From assembly GCA_049972045.1 (NCBI GenBank), contig JBMFKS010000003.1, positions 9,723 through 73,722 on the forward strand: DNA of 64,000 nt, in the 5' to 3' direction. A model generated the notes under the pieces. That model was given only the letters and a program-made list of their open reading frames with translations, made no database searches and was not told where the DNA came from. Shown one piece after another: positions 31,101 to 42,330 of the stretch. This DNA comes from Anaerolineae bacterium (GTDB taxonomy: Bacteria; Chloroflexota; Anaerolineae; B4-G1; DUEL01). Made by a program: the position numbers and the translations under genes. Every line of letters starts with the position of its first letter. The stretch's first letter is position 1.

Positions 31101-34100
31101 TTGGCAACGGCCATTGAGAACGCGCGCCTCTTCGCCGAAACGGGTCAAGCCCTGACGGAGACCCGGGAACTCTTTGAGGCCGGACGGGTTATCGGCGCTG
31201 CCACCACCCCCGCCGAAGTGGCTCAGGCGCTGGTCCAATACGTTGCCCGCACCGGCCTGGACCTGGCCCGCGTGATACTGGTGGAGCCGCCGGGCGATCC
31301 CACCCACATTGTGATGGGGGAGCACTGGACGGCGGACGGACGCCCGGTCCATCCCTACGGCACCCGCCTTCCCCTCGCCGACTTTGGCCTGCGCTCGTTT
31401 ATCTCTCCCACTGAGGCCTTCACGGTGGAGGACATCTACGCCGACCCGCGCATAGATGCCCATGCCCGAACGGTCCTGGAAGTCCTGCGGCTGCGCTCCT
31501 TCGCCCTGGTGCCGATCTCTATCGGCTCGCGAATGCTGGGGGGGCTCTTGGTAGGGCGAGATACCCCCTACGCCTTTCCGGAGAAACTGGTCCGGAATCT
31601 CTGGACGCTCTGCGGTCAGGCCGCGACCGCGATGGAGAACTTGCGCCTGCTGGAGGAGACCCGCCGCCGGGCCCGGGAACTGGAGGCCATCAACGAAATC
31701 GGCCGCACCATCAGTTCGGTCCTGAACCCGCAGGCCCTGATGCGGCAGATTGTGGACATCACCAAGTCCCGCTTCGGCTACCACCTTGTCAGCATCCTGC
31801 TGACGGAAGATCGCAGACTGGTGTTGGAGGATGGGAGCAGCATCGGGGACTCGGACCAACGGCTCCAGCCCCGCAGTCTCATCCTGGAGATAGACCGGCC
31901 TGGTATTGTCACCGACGCGGCGCGCACGGGCCAGCCGGTGCTGGTCAACGACGTTCTGAGCGACCCCCGGTACATCACCGTGCCGGAACTGTCGGCCACC
32001 CGCTCCGAACTGGCCGTCCCGATAGAGGTGAAAGGGCAGGTCATCGGCGTTCTGGACGTCCAGAGCGATCGTCCCGATGCCTTCGGCCCGGCCGATGTGT
32101 TGCTGATGACCTCGCTGGCCAGCCAGGCCGGCGTCGCGCTGGAGAACGCCCGTCTGTTCGCGGAGACGGAAGCGACGGCCCGCCGTCGGGCCCTCGTCAG
32201 CGAGGTGCTCCAGGTGGCAGCGACCACAATGGACCCGGACGATCTGTTCCGTCGGGCAACCGGGGCCATCTCCCGCCAACTGGAGATGCCCACGGCTGTG
32301 ATGGCGTGGGAGCCGGAGACCGAAACCCTCCGGTTGGTTATGGTTCACGACGCGACGGGGAAAGAGGTCTCCCCGCCCCGTCCGGACGTGCGGATGGGCC
32401 GCCAGCAGGCCGCGCCGATGGTGGAGGCCCTCTTCCGGCCGGATGTGACGGTCCTGCGGGACGCTCCCCGCCTGGCCTATGGACGAATGGTAGGCATCGC
32501 CCACCAGTGGGGGTTGATAGATGCGGCGCTGGCCCCGATGATGATCCGTGGCCAACCGGTGGGCCTGCTGGTCCTGGGGCGTCCATCCGGACACCCGCCT
32601 ATTGACGAGGACGAGGTGGCATTCCTGCGCATCATCGCCGCCAACCTGAGCGTGGCCTGGGAGAACGCCCGCCTCTACCAGGAGGCTGTGGAGACGGCGG
32701 AACGGCTCAAGGAGATGGACCGGCTCAAATCCCAGTTCCTGGCGAATATGTCCCACGAACTGCGGACGCCGCTTAACTCCATCATCGGCTTCTCCCGCGT
32801 CATCCTCAAGGGGATTGATGGCCCTATCACCGAGCAGCAGCGGCAGGACCTGGAGGCGATCTTCAACAGTGGCCAGCACCTGCTCGGCCTCATCAACGAC
32901 ATCCTGGACATCTCCAAGATTGAGGCGGGTAAGATGGAACTCGCCTTTGAGCCCACTGACCTGCAGGAGATTATCCGGGGTGTAATGTCTACGGCCATTG
33001 CCCTGGTGAAAGACAAACCGATAGAACTTCAGCAGTCGGTCCCGGCCGACCTGCCCACCATCATCGCCGATAGCCGCCGGGTCCGGCAGATCCTGCTGAA
33101 CCTGGTCTCCAACGCAGCCAAGTTTACCGATCGGGGTTTCATCCGGGTGGAAGCCAAAGTGGAGGGGGATCACGTGGTCATCTCCGTCTCCGATAGCGGC
33201 ATCGGCATCCCGCCGGAGAAACTGCCGCGCATCTTTGAGGCCTTCACGCAGGTGGACGCCTCGCCGTCCCGCAAGTACGGCGGCACCGGCCTGGGGCTGA
33301 CCATCAGCAAATCCTTCATTGAACTGCACGGCGGCAAAATCTGGGTGGAGAGTGAGTTGGGCAAGGGCTCCACCTTTACCTTCACTCTGCCCATCCAGGG
33401 GCCGCCCCAGATCCGGCCAGGAGCCGAACCGCAGGCGGAGGAGGCCCCACGGGCAGAAGAGGCGCCGACCCCGGTTCCCGAAGCACCGGGGCGGGTGGTG
33501 CTCTGCGTGGATGATGATGAAGGGGTGATCACCCTCTTCCGCCGGTACCTGGACAAACAGGGGTATCGGGTGGTGGGCCTGAGTGACCCGTTCCGGGTGG
33601 TGGAGGCGGTGAAGCAGATTCGCCCCTTTGCCATCACGCTGGACGTGATGATGCCGGGCAAAGATGGCTGGCAGGTCATTCAGGAACTGAAGGCCGACCC
33701 GGAGACCCGGAATATCCCGGTGATTATGTGCACCATCGTCGCCGAGAAGGGGAGAGGGCTGAGCCTGGGGGCCGCCGACTATCTGGTTAAGCCCATCCTG
33801 GAGCAGGACTTAATCACTGCGCTGGATCGGTTGGACCGGGAGGAGGGACGCCACCGGGTGCTGGTGGTGGACGATCAGCCGGACGACCGCAGCCTTCTGC
33901 GGCGGATGATTGAGACGCAGGAAGGGTACGAGGTCTTAGAGGCTGCCAGCGGTCAGGAGGCCATCCTGCTGGTCCACCAGCGCCGTCCGCATATCATCAT
34001 CCTGGACCTGCTGATGCCGGGGATGGACGGATTTGCTGTCCTGGAGGCACTGAAGGCCGATGAGGCCACCCGTTCCATCCCCATCATCGTGGTGACGGCC

Positions 34101-34235
34101 AAAGAATTGACGGAGAAGGACCGGCAGGCGCTCAACCATCGGATTGAGGCGTTGATCCAGAAGGGGGTTCTGCAGAGAGAGGAGTTGCTGGAGGACGTGG
34201 CGGCGGCGTTGCGCAAACTGGCGCGGGTCGCCTGA
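28200..34235 (+). CDS. Giant cytoplasmic hybrid histidine kinase: ~8 GAF domains-HisKA-HATPase-REC-REC
   Basis: This 2011-aa ORF has repeated GAF cassettes ([28 protein letters not shown]..., [28 protein letters not shown]...). The H-box is [19 protein letters not shown] and the G-box is [37 protein letters not shown]. Two receiver domains follow (VLCVDDDEG...[20 protein letters not shown]...[10 protein letters not shown]). There is no TM segment. Confidence 0.9.
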   Translation: MESQGTDRLELLERVENHKSFLQKRVEEALRRNVFHNTARMASLRPLPEVARFLVEMFLQEVAGTLQVEDCSQRVSEWVRLGLSAQSVAEAFTTLSRVLSEVLDGDSFKAVLPHLETYRSRWILTLVDTRTQDAITEFERTYRGLNVALEEQIQREREARAELQRRQVQLQAAANIARVATSILDLPTLLQTAVDTLCQEFGLYYVGLFLVDEAGRYAVLKAGTGEAGRKMVEEGYRLEVGGHSMIGWCIAHRQPRIALDVGADAVRFENPLLPNTRSELAIPLIVGEEVVGALTIQSEREAAFSPEDITTFEVVADQLAVAIRNARLFEQFQETLRQMEATQARYIRQEWATYLSRWPEHPGYQYDLETVSPLLQPVPLPVVEMPLDRPLVTESDGRSLLMAPVLIGKQPIGLLGLEETDPRVWTEDELALITTVQEQLALALENRRLFEQTRQALAETEMLYQASAELNAAQSYEEILAVLQKYTLVGEADRNVSLNLYNRPWVGEDVPEWSIPVARWTRLPSEALSDRYPLRAFPSAACLLRPDAPTLISDVRNDPRMDERARALYQDRFQAGSTIFVPLVVAGQWIGYVNAIYSMPREFPEDAVRRLMSLAAQAAVAVQSIRRLEEVRQALTETEALYQAARAISEATSVEEIVRGAAMVARPLGFTACSLTLATLTDPDGIPTHGDIYPVIAAGGDWMAMPPMHAFPIADRKAARRVLDEPDFVLVYADVEDPSADIPDPVRETTRNMGMRGMVTAGLTIFGRALGFLSFISPHPLTGLSEENIRRIRTVADQVAVALENRRLLEETRRRAAQLATAAEVSAAASSILSLEELLPQTAELIRQRFDLYYVGIFLLDETGRWAVLRAGTGEAGRQMLAAGHKLEVGGKSMIGWCTANAKARIALDVGTEAIRFDNPLLPNTRSEMALPLISRGRVIGAMTIQSDRPAAFTQEDIIALQTMADQLATAIENARLFAETGQALTETRELFEAGRVIGAATTPAEVAQALVQYVARTGLDLARVILVEPPGDPTHIVMGEHWTADGRPVHPYGTRLPLADFGLRSFISPTEAFTVEDIYADPRIDAHARTVLEVLRLRSFALVPISIGSRMLGGLLVGRDTPYAFPEKLVRNLWTLCGQAATAMENLRLLEETRRRARELEAINEIGRTISSVLNPQALMRQIVDITKSRFGYHLVSILLTEDRRLVLEDGSSIGDSDQRLQPRSLILEIDRPGIVTDAARTGQPVLVNDVLSDPRYITVPELSATRSELAVPIEVKGQVIGVLDVQSDRPDAFGPADVLLMTSLASQAGVALENARLFAETEATARRRALVSEVLQVAATTMDPDDLFRRATGAISRQLEMPTAVMAWEPETETLRLVMVHDATGKEVSPPRPDVRMGRQQAAPMVEALFRPDVTVLRDAPRLAYGRMVGIAHQWGLIDAALAPMMIRGQPVGLLVLGRPSGHPPIDEDEVAFLRIIAANLSVAWENARLYQEAVETAERLKEMDRLKSQFLANMSHELRTPLNSIIGFSRVILKGIDGPITEQQRQDLEAIFNSGQHLLGLINDILDISKIEAGKMELAFEPTDLQEIIRGVMSTAIALVKDKPIELQQSVPADLPTIIADSRRVRQILLNLVSNAAKFTDRGFIRVEAKVEGDHVVISVSDSGIGIPPEKLPRIFEAFTQVDASPSRKYGGTGLGLTISKSFIELHGGKIWVESELGKGSTFTFTLPIQGPPQIRPGAEPQAEEAPRAEEAPTPVPEAPGRVVLCVDDDEGVITLFRRYLDKQGYRVVGLSDPFRVVEAVKQIRPFAITLDVMMPGKDGWQVIQELKADPETRNIPVIMCTIVAEKGRGLSLGAADYLVKPILEQDLITALDRLDREEGRHRVLVVDDQPDDRSLLRRMIETQEGYEVLEAASGQEAILLVHQRRPHIIILDLLMPGMDGFAVLEALKADEATRSIPIIVVTAKELTEKDRQALNHRIEALIQKGVLQREELLEDVAAALRKLARVA

Positions 34236-34252
34236 GCAAAGCGGCCCCCTAT

Positions 34253-34289
34253 GTGCCAGGCACTTCCAGAAGTGCCTGGCACTTTTTTA
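34253..34289. terminator. Bidirectional rho-independent terminator between convergent genes
   Basis: A perfect 30-nt palindrome gtgccaggcacttccagaagtgcctggcac is followed by tttttta. It lies between the kinase stop (34235) and the minus-strand gene stop (34287). Confidence 0.65.
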
Positions 34290-34925
34290 TTCCGCCTCCA
34301 TCAGCGCACGCAGCGCATAGGTCACCCGCCGGGGCCGGGGAGTGAGGAGCCCCAGGGACTCCCACTCCTGGGCCAGTCGCTGCAGGCGGCGCAGGGAGAC
34401 CTGCCCCCGAAACGCCTCCCGCAGGCGAACCAGGTCAAACCGCCCGTCCAGGTGCTCCAGCGTGTACCGGACCAGTTCTCGCTCCAGCGGACTCAGGGTC
34501 GGGAAGGAGGCCGGCGGGCTGACCTGGGGGGCGATGGCGGATGCCTGGAGCATCTGCAGCCATTGGGCGGCCTCCGCAATCAGGTGGCCCATATTGAAGT
34601 AGAGCCGGTTCGCCCACTCGGCTACCCCCTGCAGGTCGTGAATGTACGGCGGGGAGGTGAGCAGAGTGCCGTAAGCCGCGAAGGGGAAGTCTGCCCGGTT
34701 GAATATTCCGGCCCGACCGTTGCTGGCCTGGGCGCGGATCACATCCCACCGCTCCTCGGTGACGGTGAAATCCAGCCAGAAGGTGACCAGAATGCCGCCC
34801 GCCAGTCGCCAGTACCAGGCCGCTCCCAGCCGGCCCACGTAACCGGGCACCCGCCGGGCGATTTCCTCAAAGATAACGTCCGCCAGCCGCAGGGCCTGAA
34901 AGGAAGGGTAGAATAGTGGGGACAT
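34287..34925 (-). CDS. Hypothetical protein (C-terminal region looks like a winged-helix-type domain)
   Basis: This 212-aa ORF has coding-like codon usage and no recognisable family. Its start abuts the heptamer array. Confidence 0.45.
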   Translation of the reverse strand: MSPLFYPSFQALRLADVIFEEIARRVPGYVGRLGAAWYWRLAGGILVTFWLDFTVTEERWDVIRAQASNGRAGIFNRADFPFAAYGTLLTSPPYIHDLQGVAEWANRLYFNMGHLIAEAAQWLQMLQASAIAPQVSPPASFPTLSPLERELVRYTLEHLDGRFDLVRLREAFRGQVSLRRLQRLAQEWESLGLLTPRPRRVTYALRALMEAE

Positions 34926-34933
34926 GGTTCACC

Positions 34934-35079
34934 GTCGCAGGTCGCAGGTCGCAGGTCGCAGGGCGCAGGTCGCAGGTCGCAGGTCGCAGGGCGCAGGTCG
35001 CAGGGCGCAAGTCGCAGGTCGCAGGTCGCAAGCAATCCGTCGTCTGTGGTCTGTGGTCTGTGGTCTGTCGTCCGTCGTC
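34934..35079. repeat. Heptanucleotide tandem arrays: (GTCGCAG/GGCGCAG) x ~14 then (GTCTGTG/GTCCGTC) x ~5
   Basis: It reads gtcgcaggtcgcaggtcgcagggcgcagg...gtctgtggtctgtggtctgtggtctgtcgtccgtcgtc. The unit length of 7 is non-coding periodicity. Confidence 0.9.
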
Positions 35080-36800
35080 TACCTCTGGAACTCCCGCGCC
35101 AGTTGAGCGGTGCTGATGTGGATCATCGTCGGGCGGCCGTGGGGGCAGGTGCGCGGGCTGGCACACCCCTCCAGCGCCCGCAGCAGTTCCTCCATCTCCT
35201 CCCGGGCCAGCACCTGCCCGGCTTTCATCGCCCCTTGTTTGCACACCTGCCGGATAATCGCTCGCTCTATCTCCTCCTCCGCTCCTCCGCTTTCCCGCCC
35301 CCCTGCTCCCGCGCCCTCCTCCGCCAGCCCCCGGGCGACCTCCATCAGCACCTCCCGGGGGTGCGCTGCGGTGAGCACGGCCGGCAGCGCCCGCACCAGA
35401 AAAGTGTTCCCCCCGAACGGTTCCACCTCCACCCCCAGGCGGCGCAGGGTCTCCTGGTGGGCCTCCACCAGTCCCGCCCACTCGGGCGGCAGGTCCACCG
35501 CCGCCGGCTCCAGCAGCGGCTGGGCCGGAATGCCGGTTGCCCGCTGGGCCATCAGTCGCTCGTAGAGCACCCGCTCGTGGGCTGCGTGCTGGTCTATCAG
35601 GTAGAGACCGTCCGGCCCTTCGGCGATGATATAGGTTGCTGCCACCTGCCCGACCACCCGGAGGGGCGGCAGTCCGCCGGGAAAGACCGGCGGCGAAATG
35701 ACCGGCATAGGGACGGGCCGGAACGGCTCGCTGGTCGGCCGCTCCGGGGGCCGGCCCTCCGGCGCGTGGGGGATAAGGGCCGGTCTGGGGATGACCCGCA
35801 TGGCCGGGATGCCGCCTTCCTCTGTTACTGCCCGCCGCACCGCCCGCTGCACGGCCCGGAAGGCCCCGTCCCCGTCCCGGAAGCGCACTTCCGCCTTGGC
35901 GGGATGGACGTTGACGTCTACGTCCTCCGGCGGGAGGGTGATGCTCACCACCGCCAGCGGATACCGTCCGGCGGGGAGGAGCGTGTGGTAGGCCTGGATG
36001 ATGGCGTAGGTCAGGCGCGCGTCCTGGACCCAGCGCCCGTTGACAAAAAGCGTGATTTCCCCCCGGTCGGCCCGGTGGAGGTGCGGCGGGCTGACGAACC
36101 CCGTCACCCGAATCGCCTCATCCTCCTCCGGCAGGACCTCCACCAGCGCACTTCCCACCTCCACGCCGTAGACCGCCACCAGCACATCCCGCATCTGCCC
36201 GGTGCCGGGCGACCGGAAGACCTCCCGCCCGTCGTGGGCCAGGGTGAAGCGCCGGTCAGGGTAGGCCATCGCGTAGCGGGTGACCCAGGCGTCTATGTGA
36301 TGGCGCTCGGTGGCCGAGGAGCGGAGGAACTTGCGGCGCGCGGGGACATTGTAGAAAATGTCTTCCACGGTGACCGTCGTCCCCGGCGGGCGGCCGACCG
36401 AGCGGCGGCTCACCACCTCCCCTCCCTCCAGCCGGATGAGGGTGCCGGTCTCCTCGCCCGCCGCGCGCGTGACGCAGGTCACCCGGCTGACGGCGGCGAT
36501 AGAGGCCAGCGCCTCGCCCCGGAAACCCAGGGTCCGGACCCGCGACAGGTCCTCCGCCGAGGCCAGTTTGCTGGTGGCGTGACGCCGGAAGGCCAGTTCC
36601 ACCTCCGCCGCGGGGATGCCGCAGCCGTCGTCGGCGACGCGCATCATGCGCTTTCCACCGTCGGCGACCTCCACGCGGATCTCCCGCGCGCCCGCGTCTA
36701 TGCTGTTCTCCACCAGTTCCTTGACCACCGACGCGGGCCGGCCCACCACCTCACCGGCGGCAATCTGGGCGATGATTTCGGGGGGAAGAACCCGGATCAT
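35079..36800 (-). CDS. mutL: DNA mismatch repair protein MutL
   Basis: The N-terminus is MIRVLPPEIIAQIAAGEVVGRPASVVKELVENSIDAGA, and the C-terminal motif is CPHGRPTMIHIS. The listed longer ORF (to 36842) only reads through the upstream heptamer array. Confidence 0.9.
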   Translation of the reverse strand: MIRVLPPEIIAQIAAGEVVGRPASVVKELVENSIDAGAREIRVEVADGGKRMMRVADDGCGIPAAEVELAFRRHATSKLASAEDLSRVRTLGFRGEALASIAAVSRVTCVTRAAGEETGTLIRLEGGEVVSRRSVGRPPGTTVTVEDIFYNVPARRKFLRSSATERHHIDAWVTRYAMAYPDRRFTLAHDGREVFRSPGTGQMRDVLVAVYGVEVGSALVEVLPEEDEAIRVTGFVSPPHLHRADRGEITLFVNGRWVQDARLTYAIIQAYHTLLPAGRYPLAVVSITLPPEDVDVNVHPAKAEVRFRDGDGAFRAVQRAVRRAVTEEGGIPAMRVIPRPALIPHAPEGRPPERPTSEPFRPVPMPVISPPVFPGGLPPLRVVGQVAATYIIAEGPDGLYLIDQHAAHERVLYERLMAQRATGIPAQPLLEPAAVDLPPEWAGLVEAHQETLRRLGVEVEPFGGNTFLVRALPAVLTAAHPREVLMEVARGLAEEGAGAGGRESGGAEEEIERAIIRQVCKQGAMKAGQVLAREEMEELLRALEGCASPRTCPHGRPTMIHISTAQLAREFQR

Positions 36801-36805
36801 GGTAC

Positions 36806-36864
36806 AGGTCGCAGGTCGCAAGTCGCAGGGCGCAGGGCGCAAGTCGCAGGGCGCAGGGCGCAGG
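36806..36864. repeat. Heptanucleotide tandem array (GTCGCAG/GGCGCAG x ~8), same orientation as the 34934 array
   Basis: The array ggtcgcaggtcgcaagtcgcagggcgcagggcgcaagtcgcagggcgcagggcgcagg sits immediately upstream of the mutL start. Confidence 0.9.
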
Positions 36865-36892
36865 AAAGGTGAACGCAGATAAACGCAAAAGG

Positions 36893-37110
36893 AATGTAGC
36901 GCAGGCTGTTAGCCTGCAAATACAGGCCCCCTCGCGGGGCCTTGGGCCGAGGGCCCCCTCGGCCACGCCGCGAGCGGCTCGCCGCGTGGCAGGCTGAGCC
37001 CCTCGGGGCGTGGCCCTCGGGGCGCAGCGGAGTGGCGCCGAAAGCGGCACTTCACTTTGTTCCGTGCCGCACTACAAGCAGCAGGCCTGGCGGCCTGCGC
37101 TCCGTTGTAA
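36893..37110. repeat. Family B GC-rich palindromic element cluster (second large copy)
   Basis: The ~90 bp from gtagcgcaggctgttagcctgca through ggctgagcccctcggggcg are near-identical to 28030-28110 and 27940-28040 in rearranged order. Confidence 0.8.
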
Positions 37111-37169
37111 CCAATTTACGGGCGGCGTATTCCCTCACCACGGGAATTCCCAGAGCGCCCAGATTTTTC

Positions 37170-37790
37170 TCATCCGCGTCCGATGGGAATCCGCCTCTCC
37201 TCCCCGCGCAGGAGGCGGCGAATGTTGGGCCGCAGGGCCCAGATCGTCAGCGCGGAGGTGAGCAGTGCGTGGACCTCGTAGGCCCAGGGGACGGCCCCCC
37301 GGGCGGCCCCCACCGCGAAGGCCAGGGGAAGGAAGAGGGCCACCGAGATGGAGCCGACGGACGCGTAGCGGGTCAGGAAGGCGGCGGCCAGCAGGACGGG
37401 GATCGCCAGCAGGCCCCCAAGGGGCCAGAGGGCCGCTGCCCCGCCGACGGAGGTTGCCGTTCCGGCCCCGCCCCGGAAGCGCAGGAAGCAGGAGTGGTTA
37501 TGGCCCAGGGCGGCGGCGAAGCCTGCCAGCGCCTGCGCCAGCGGCGGCGTCCCCAACGCCCGCGCCAGCCCGACGGCCGCGGCGCCCTTCAGCGCGTCTC
37601 CCAGGCCGGTGGCGACGGCGGCCCCCCAGCCGGCAGCCCGCAGAACGTTCGTCCCACCCGTCCGCCCGCTCCCTACCTGCCGGACGTCCAGCCCCCGGGA
37701 GAGGCGGACCACCAGAAACCCCACCGGGAGGGAGCCCAGGAGGTAGCCTGCCACCAGAGCGATCAGCCAGGGCGCCGTTCTTGCCAGCAT
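37170..37790 (-). CDS. plsY: Glycerol-3-phosphate acyltransferase PlsY
   Basis: MLARTAPWLIALVAGYLLGSLPVGFLVVRL...GSGRTGGTNVLRAAG is the PlsY GSGNxGATN-type motif. The protein is polytopic. Confidence 0.85.
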   Translation of the reverse strand: MLARTAPWLIALVAGYLLGSLPVGFLVVRLSRGLDVRQVGSGRTGGTNVLRAAGWGAAVATGLGDALKGAAAVGLARALGTPPLAQALAGFAAALGHNHSCFLRFRGGAGTATSVGGAAALWPLGGLLAIPVLLAAAFLTRYASVGSISVALFLPLAFAVGAARGAVPWAYEVHALLTSALTIWALRPNIRRLLRGEERRIPIGRG

Positions 37791-37865
37791 GTCGCGTCTG
37801 CATTCATGGAGGGCAGAAGAGTCGCGGGGTTTGCGGCGGCGGCCGGAGGCCGCCGCCGCAAACCC

Positions 37866-38738
37866 CTATGGTCTTCCTGCACCGCCCCCGGTCGCCGGGG
37901 GGCTGGCAGAGGAACCGAGAAATTCGGCCAGCGCGTCCTCCCATGGCCGCAGGGTGATCCCCAGCGCGGCGGCCGCGGTGTTGGCCAGCGGGGCAAAGCG
38001 CGGCGGCGTGGAGTCCCGCTGAAACTGCTCCAGCCGGATGGGCTCCACGGGGATGTGCCCCCGGCCGGTCATGCGGAGGATGGCCCGCGCAAACTCGTAA
38101 CGGGAACAGTAACCGCTGTTGGTCAGATGGTAAATGCCATAGGCGCCGGTGCGAATGAGTGCCGCCAGCGCGGCCGCCAGGTCGAGCGCATAAGTGGGAT
38201 TGCTGACCTCGTCCGAAACGACACGCAGGGCCCCCCGCTCGTCGGCTAACTGGATAATCCGATGGGGGAAGTTCCGCCCCCCAGGGGCGTAGAGCCAGGC
38301 CGTCCGCACGATGTAGAAGCGGGTCAGCAGGTGGGAGACCAGCCACTCGCCCGCCGCTTTGGAGCGCCCGTAGGGATTGATGGGGCGAAGGGGATCCCAT
38401 TCCCGGTACGGTTCCGTCGCCGTGCCGTCAAAGACCTCGTTGGTGCTGATGTAGACCAGGGCGGCGCCGACCTCCGCGCAGGCCAGGGCGACGTTCTGGG
38501 TGCCCATCGCGTTGACCCGGTAGGCCCGCTCCGGATCCCGGGCGCATCCGTCCACATCGGTCCAGGCGGCGGCATGGATGACCACATCCGGTGCGCAGGC
38601 GGCTATGGCGGCCCGGATGGCGGCCCGGTCGGTGATGTCCACCTCCGGGAGGTCGCACCCGACAATGGTCTCTCCGGCCAGCACCTGCTTCAGGGCTCGG
38701 CCCAGTTGCCCCTTCTCTCCTGTGATGAAGACACGCAT
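37866..38738 (-). CDS. rfbD: dTDP-4-dehydrorhamnose reductase
   Basis: MRVFITGEKGQLGRALKQVL...VVIHAAAWTDVDGCARDPERAYRVNAMGTQNVALAC matches the RmlD family. The longer ORF (to 38840) would overlap the tRNA gene, so the internal start at 38738 is used. Confidence 0.85.
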   Translation of the reverse strand: MRVFITGEKGQLGRALKQVLAGETIVGCDLPEVDITDRAAIRAAIAACAPDVVIHAAAWTDVDGCARDPERAYRVNAMGTQNVALACAEVGAALVYISTNEVFDGTATEPYREWDPLRPINPYGRSKAAGEWLVSHLLTRFYIVRTAWLYAPGGRNFPHRIIQLADERGALRVVSDEVSNPTYALDLAAALAALIRTGAYGIYHLTNSGYCSRYEFARAILRMTGRGHIPVEPIRLEQFQRDSTPPRFAPLANTAAAALGITLRPWEDALAEFLGSSASPPATGGGAGRP

Positions 38739-38807
38739 TCCGTGCTCTGGCCTCCTGAACGGAAAACGGCCGGGTGGTGCCCCTGGCCGTTCCTGGGAAG
38801 GTCTGAA

Positions 38808-38883
38808 GGTGCCCCTGGCGCGACTCGAACGCGCGGCCAAGAACTTAGGAGGTTCCTGCTCTATCCTTCTGAGCTACAGGGGC
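38808..38883 (-). tRNA. tRNA-Arg (anticodon CCT)
   Basis: The minus-strand read GCCCCTG TA GCTC AGAAGGATA GAGC A GGAAC CTCCTAA GTTCT TGGCC GCGCG TTCGAGT CGCGC CAGGGGC A CC was folded by hand. It gives a 7-bp acceptor stem, 4-bp D stem, 5-bp anticodon stem with loop CU-CCU-AA, and a 5-bp T stem with TTCGAGT loop. Confidence 0.85.
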
Positions 38884-38921
38884 AGGCACTGAGAATTATA
38901 ACGCAAGTTCGGCGAGATAGC

Positions 38922-38961
38922 AAAAAAGGGGCTGGCGACGGCTTTTCCGCCGCCATGCCCC
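38922..38961 (-). terminator. Probable rho-independent terminator after pgk
   Basis: On the minus strand an imperfect GC hairpin (ggggcatggcggcgg aaaag ccgtcgccagcccc) is followed by TTTTTT. It sits 10 nt after the pgk stop. Confidence 0.45.
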
Positions 38962-38971
38962 CAGTTTTCCT

Positions 38972-40159
38972 CTACCGGTCGCTCAGCACGGCCACGCCGG
39001 GGAGGGTCCGCCCTTCCAGAAACTCCAGGCTGGCCCCACCGCCGGTGGAGATGTGGCTGAAGCGGTCGGCCAGGCCGCTCTGCTGGACGGCCGCGACCGA
39101 ATCCCCGCCGCCGACGATGGTGATGGCTCCCAGGCCCGCCAGCGCCTTCGCCAGGGCGAAGGTTCCCTGGGCAAAGCGCGGCAGCTCAAAGACGCCCAGG
39201 GGGCCGTTCCAGAGGACGGTGCGCGCGCCGCTCAGCGCGGATTCAAAAGTGGAAATGGTCTTGGGCCCCACGTCCAGCACCCGCCATCCCGGCGGCACCT
39301 CGTTGGGAGCCACGACGCGGGTCTGCGCGTCGTTGTCAAAAGCATCGGCGATCACCACATCTACCGGCAGGACCAGGCGGCTTTTGCCCCGCTCCAGGAG
39401 CGACCGGGCCGTCTCCACGGCTTCTGCCTCCACCAGCGAGTCCCCCATCTCAAAGCCCATGGCCTTGAAGAAGGTGTTGGCCATCCCGCCGCCGATGAGC
39501 AGGCGGTCGCATTTCTCCAGCAGCCGCTCTATCACACCGATCTTGTCGGAGATTTTGGCGCCGCCCAGGATGGCGACGAAAGGCCGCTGGGGCTCCTCCA
39601 CCGCGCGCCCCAGGAATTCCAGTTCCTTCTCCATCAGCAGGCCTGCCACTGCCTCGCCGCCTCGCTCCCGGACGATGCGCGCTACCCCTTCGGTGGACGC
39701 GTGGGCCCGGTGGGCCGTCCCGAAGGCATCGTTGACGTACAGGTCGCCCAGGGCGGCCAGTTTCGCGGCAAAGGCCGGGTCGTTGGTCTCCTCCTCGGGG
39801 TGGAAGCGAAGGTTCTCCAGCAGAACCACATCGCCCGGCTTCAGGGCCGCGCAGGCCGCCTCCACTTCTGGGCCGACGCAGTCATCCAGTGGGCGGACCG
39901 GACGGCCCAGGAGTTCCGAAAGGCGCGCCGCCACCGGACCCAGGGAGTACTCAGGGTTGGGCTTCCCCTTAGGGCGGCCCAGATGGGACATCAGGATGAG
40001 GGCGGCGCCGTGCCCCAGCAGATACTGAATCGTCGGCAATGAGGCGCGGATGCGGGTATCGTCGGTCACCCGGCCTTCTTTGACCGGGACGTTGAAGTCC
40101 ACCCGCATCAGCACCCGTTTGCCGGAGACGTCCACATCTCGGATGGTCTTCTTGTTCAT
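38972..40159 (-). CDS. pgk: Phosphoglycerate kinase
   Basis: [25 protein letters not shown]...[11 protein letters not shown]...[11 protein letters not shown] is canonical PGK. Confidence 0.95.
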   Translation of the reverse strand: MNKKTIRDVDVSGKRVLMRVDFNVPVKEGRVTDDTRIRASLPTIQYLLGHGAALILMSHLGRPKGKPNPEYSLGPVAARLSELLGRPVRPLDDCVGPEVEAACAALKPGDVVLLENLRFHPEEETNDPAFAAKLAALGDLYVNDAFGTAHRAHASTEGVARIVRERGGEAVAGLLMEKELEFLGRAVEEPQRPFVAILGGAKISDKIGVIERLLEKCDRLLIGGGMANTFFKAMGFEMGDSLVEAEAVETARSLLERGKSRLVLPVDVVIADAFDNDAQTRVVAPNEVPPGWRVLDVGPKTISTFESALSGARTVLWNGPLGVFELPRFAQGTFALAKALAGLGAITIVGGGDSVAAVQQSGLADRFSHISTGGGASLEFLEGRTLPGVAVLSDR

Positions 40160-40201
40160 TGGCGACCTCCAGGGGGACGGGGGTGCGGGGCCCGGCCCGG
40201 G

Positions 40202-41727
<1,526 letters not shown>

Positions 41728-42093
41728 AGAGGACCTCGCCGGATTCCCGCACCCGGCGGGCGAAAGGAAGATCGTCGGTCAGTTCCACCAGGTCTATCGG
41801 CTCGCCGCTGGCTTCCTCCAGCGCCCGCCAGAGGGCAAAGTAGTCCTCGGCGCTCAGTTTCCCCTCCACGGCGACGTCCACGTCCGATTGAGCCTCCATC
41901 TCTCCGGGGCGGGTAACCGAGCCAAAGAGGTAGGCCCGCCGGACGGCGGCAAAGCGTGGGAACACCCGGGGCGCCGCCTCCCGCAGGGCCCGAAGGGCTT
42001 TCTGCCGCCGGGCCTCGCGGGTCCGATATTCGGCTTCCCGCCGCCGCCGCAGGTTCTCCCGCGCGGCGGCGATCTCTTCGGGAGACCATGCCG

Positions 42094-42330
42094 TCATTCC
42101 CTGCGGTCCCTTCCGGCAGTCTGCAGTTCCCTGAAAGTCCTCTGCGCCAGCGTCACCGCCTCCTCCGCCATCGCCAGCGCATAAGAGGCATCCGCTTCGT
42201 CAAACAACTCCCATGGCGTCAACCCCGCGAATTCGTCGCCGTAATCGGTCTGGATATGGACATCAACCCGGAGCCGGTAGAGAGCAGGATCTGAACCTTT
42301 CACCGCGCCCCTTCCCCATCCAGCGACCAA
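42094..42330 (-). CDS. Small hypothetical protein (78 aa) upstream of the MNT/HEPN pair
   Basis: This is an ORF only; no motif was recognised. Its stop overlaps the NTase start as ATGA. Confidence 0.3.
   Translation of the reverse strand: MVAGWGRGAVKGSDPALYRLRVDVHIQTDYGDEFAGLTPWELFDEADASYALAMAEEAVTLAQRTFRELQTAGRDRRE

Noticed and set aside
34934-35079. CRISPR array
   Set aside because: The units are 7 bp with no unique spacers and no cas genes in the window. They are short tandem repeats, not CRISPR.
35046-36872. 608-aa plus-strand ORF 35046-36872 opposite mutL
   Set aside because: It is the antisense of an unambiguous MutL, and it begins and ends in heptamer arrays.
38578-38892. ORF 38578-38892 (+) and the N-terminal extension of rfbD to 38840
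   Set aside because: Both overlap a cleanly folding tRNA-Arg gene on the minus strand. rfbD has a proper start (MRVFITGE) at 38738.
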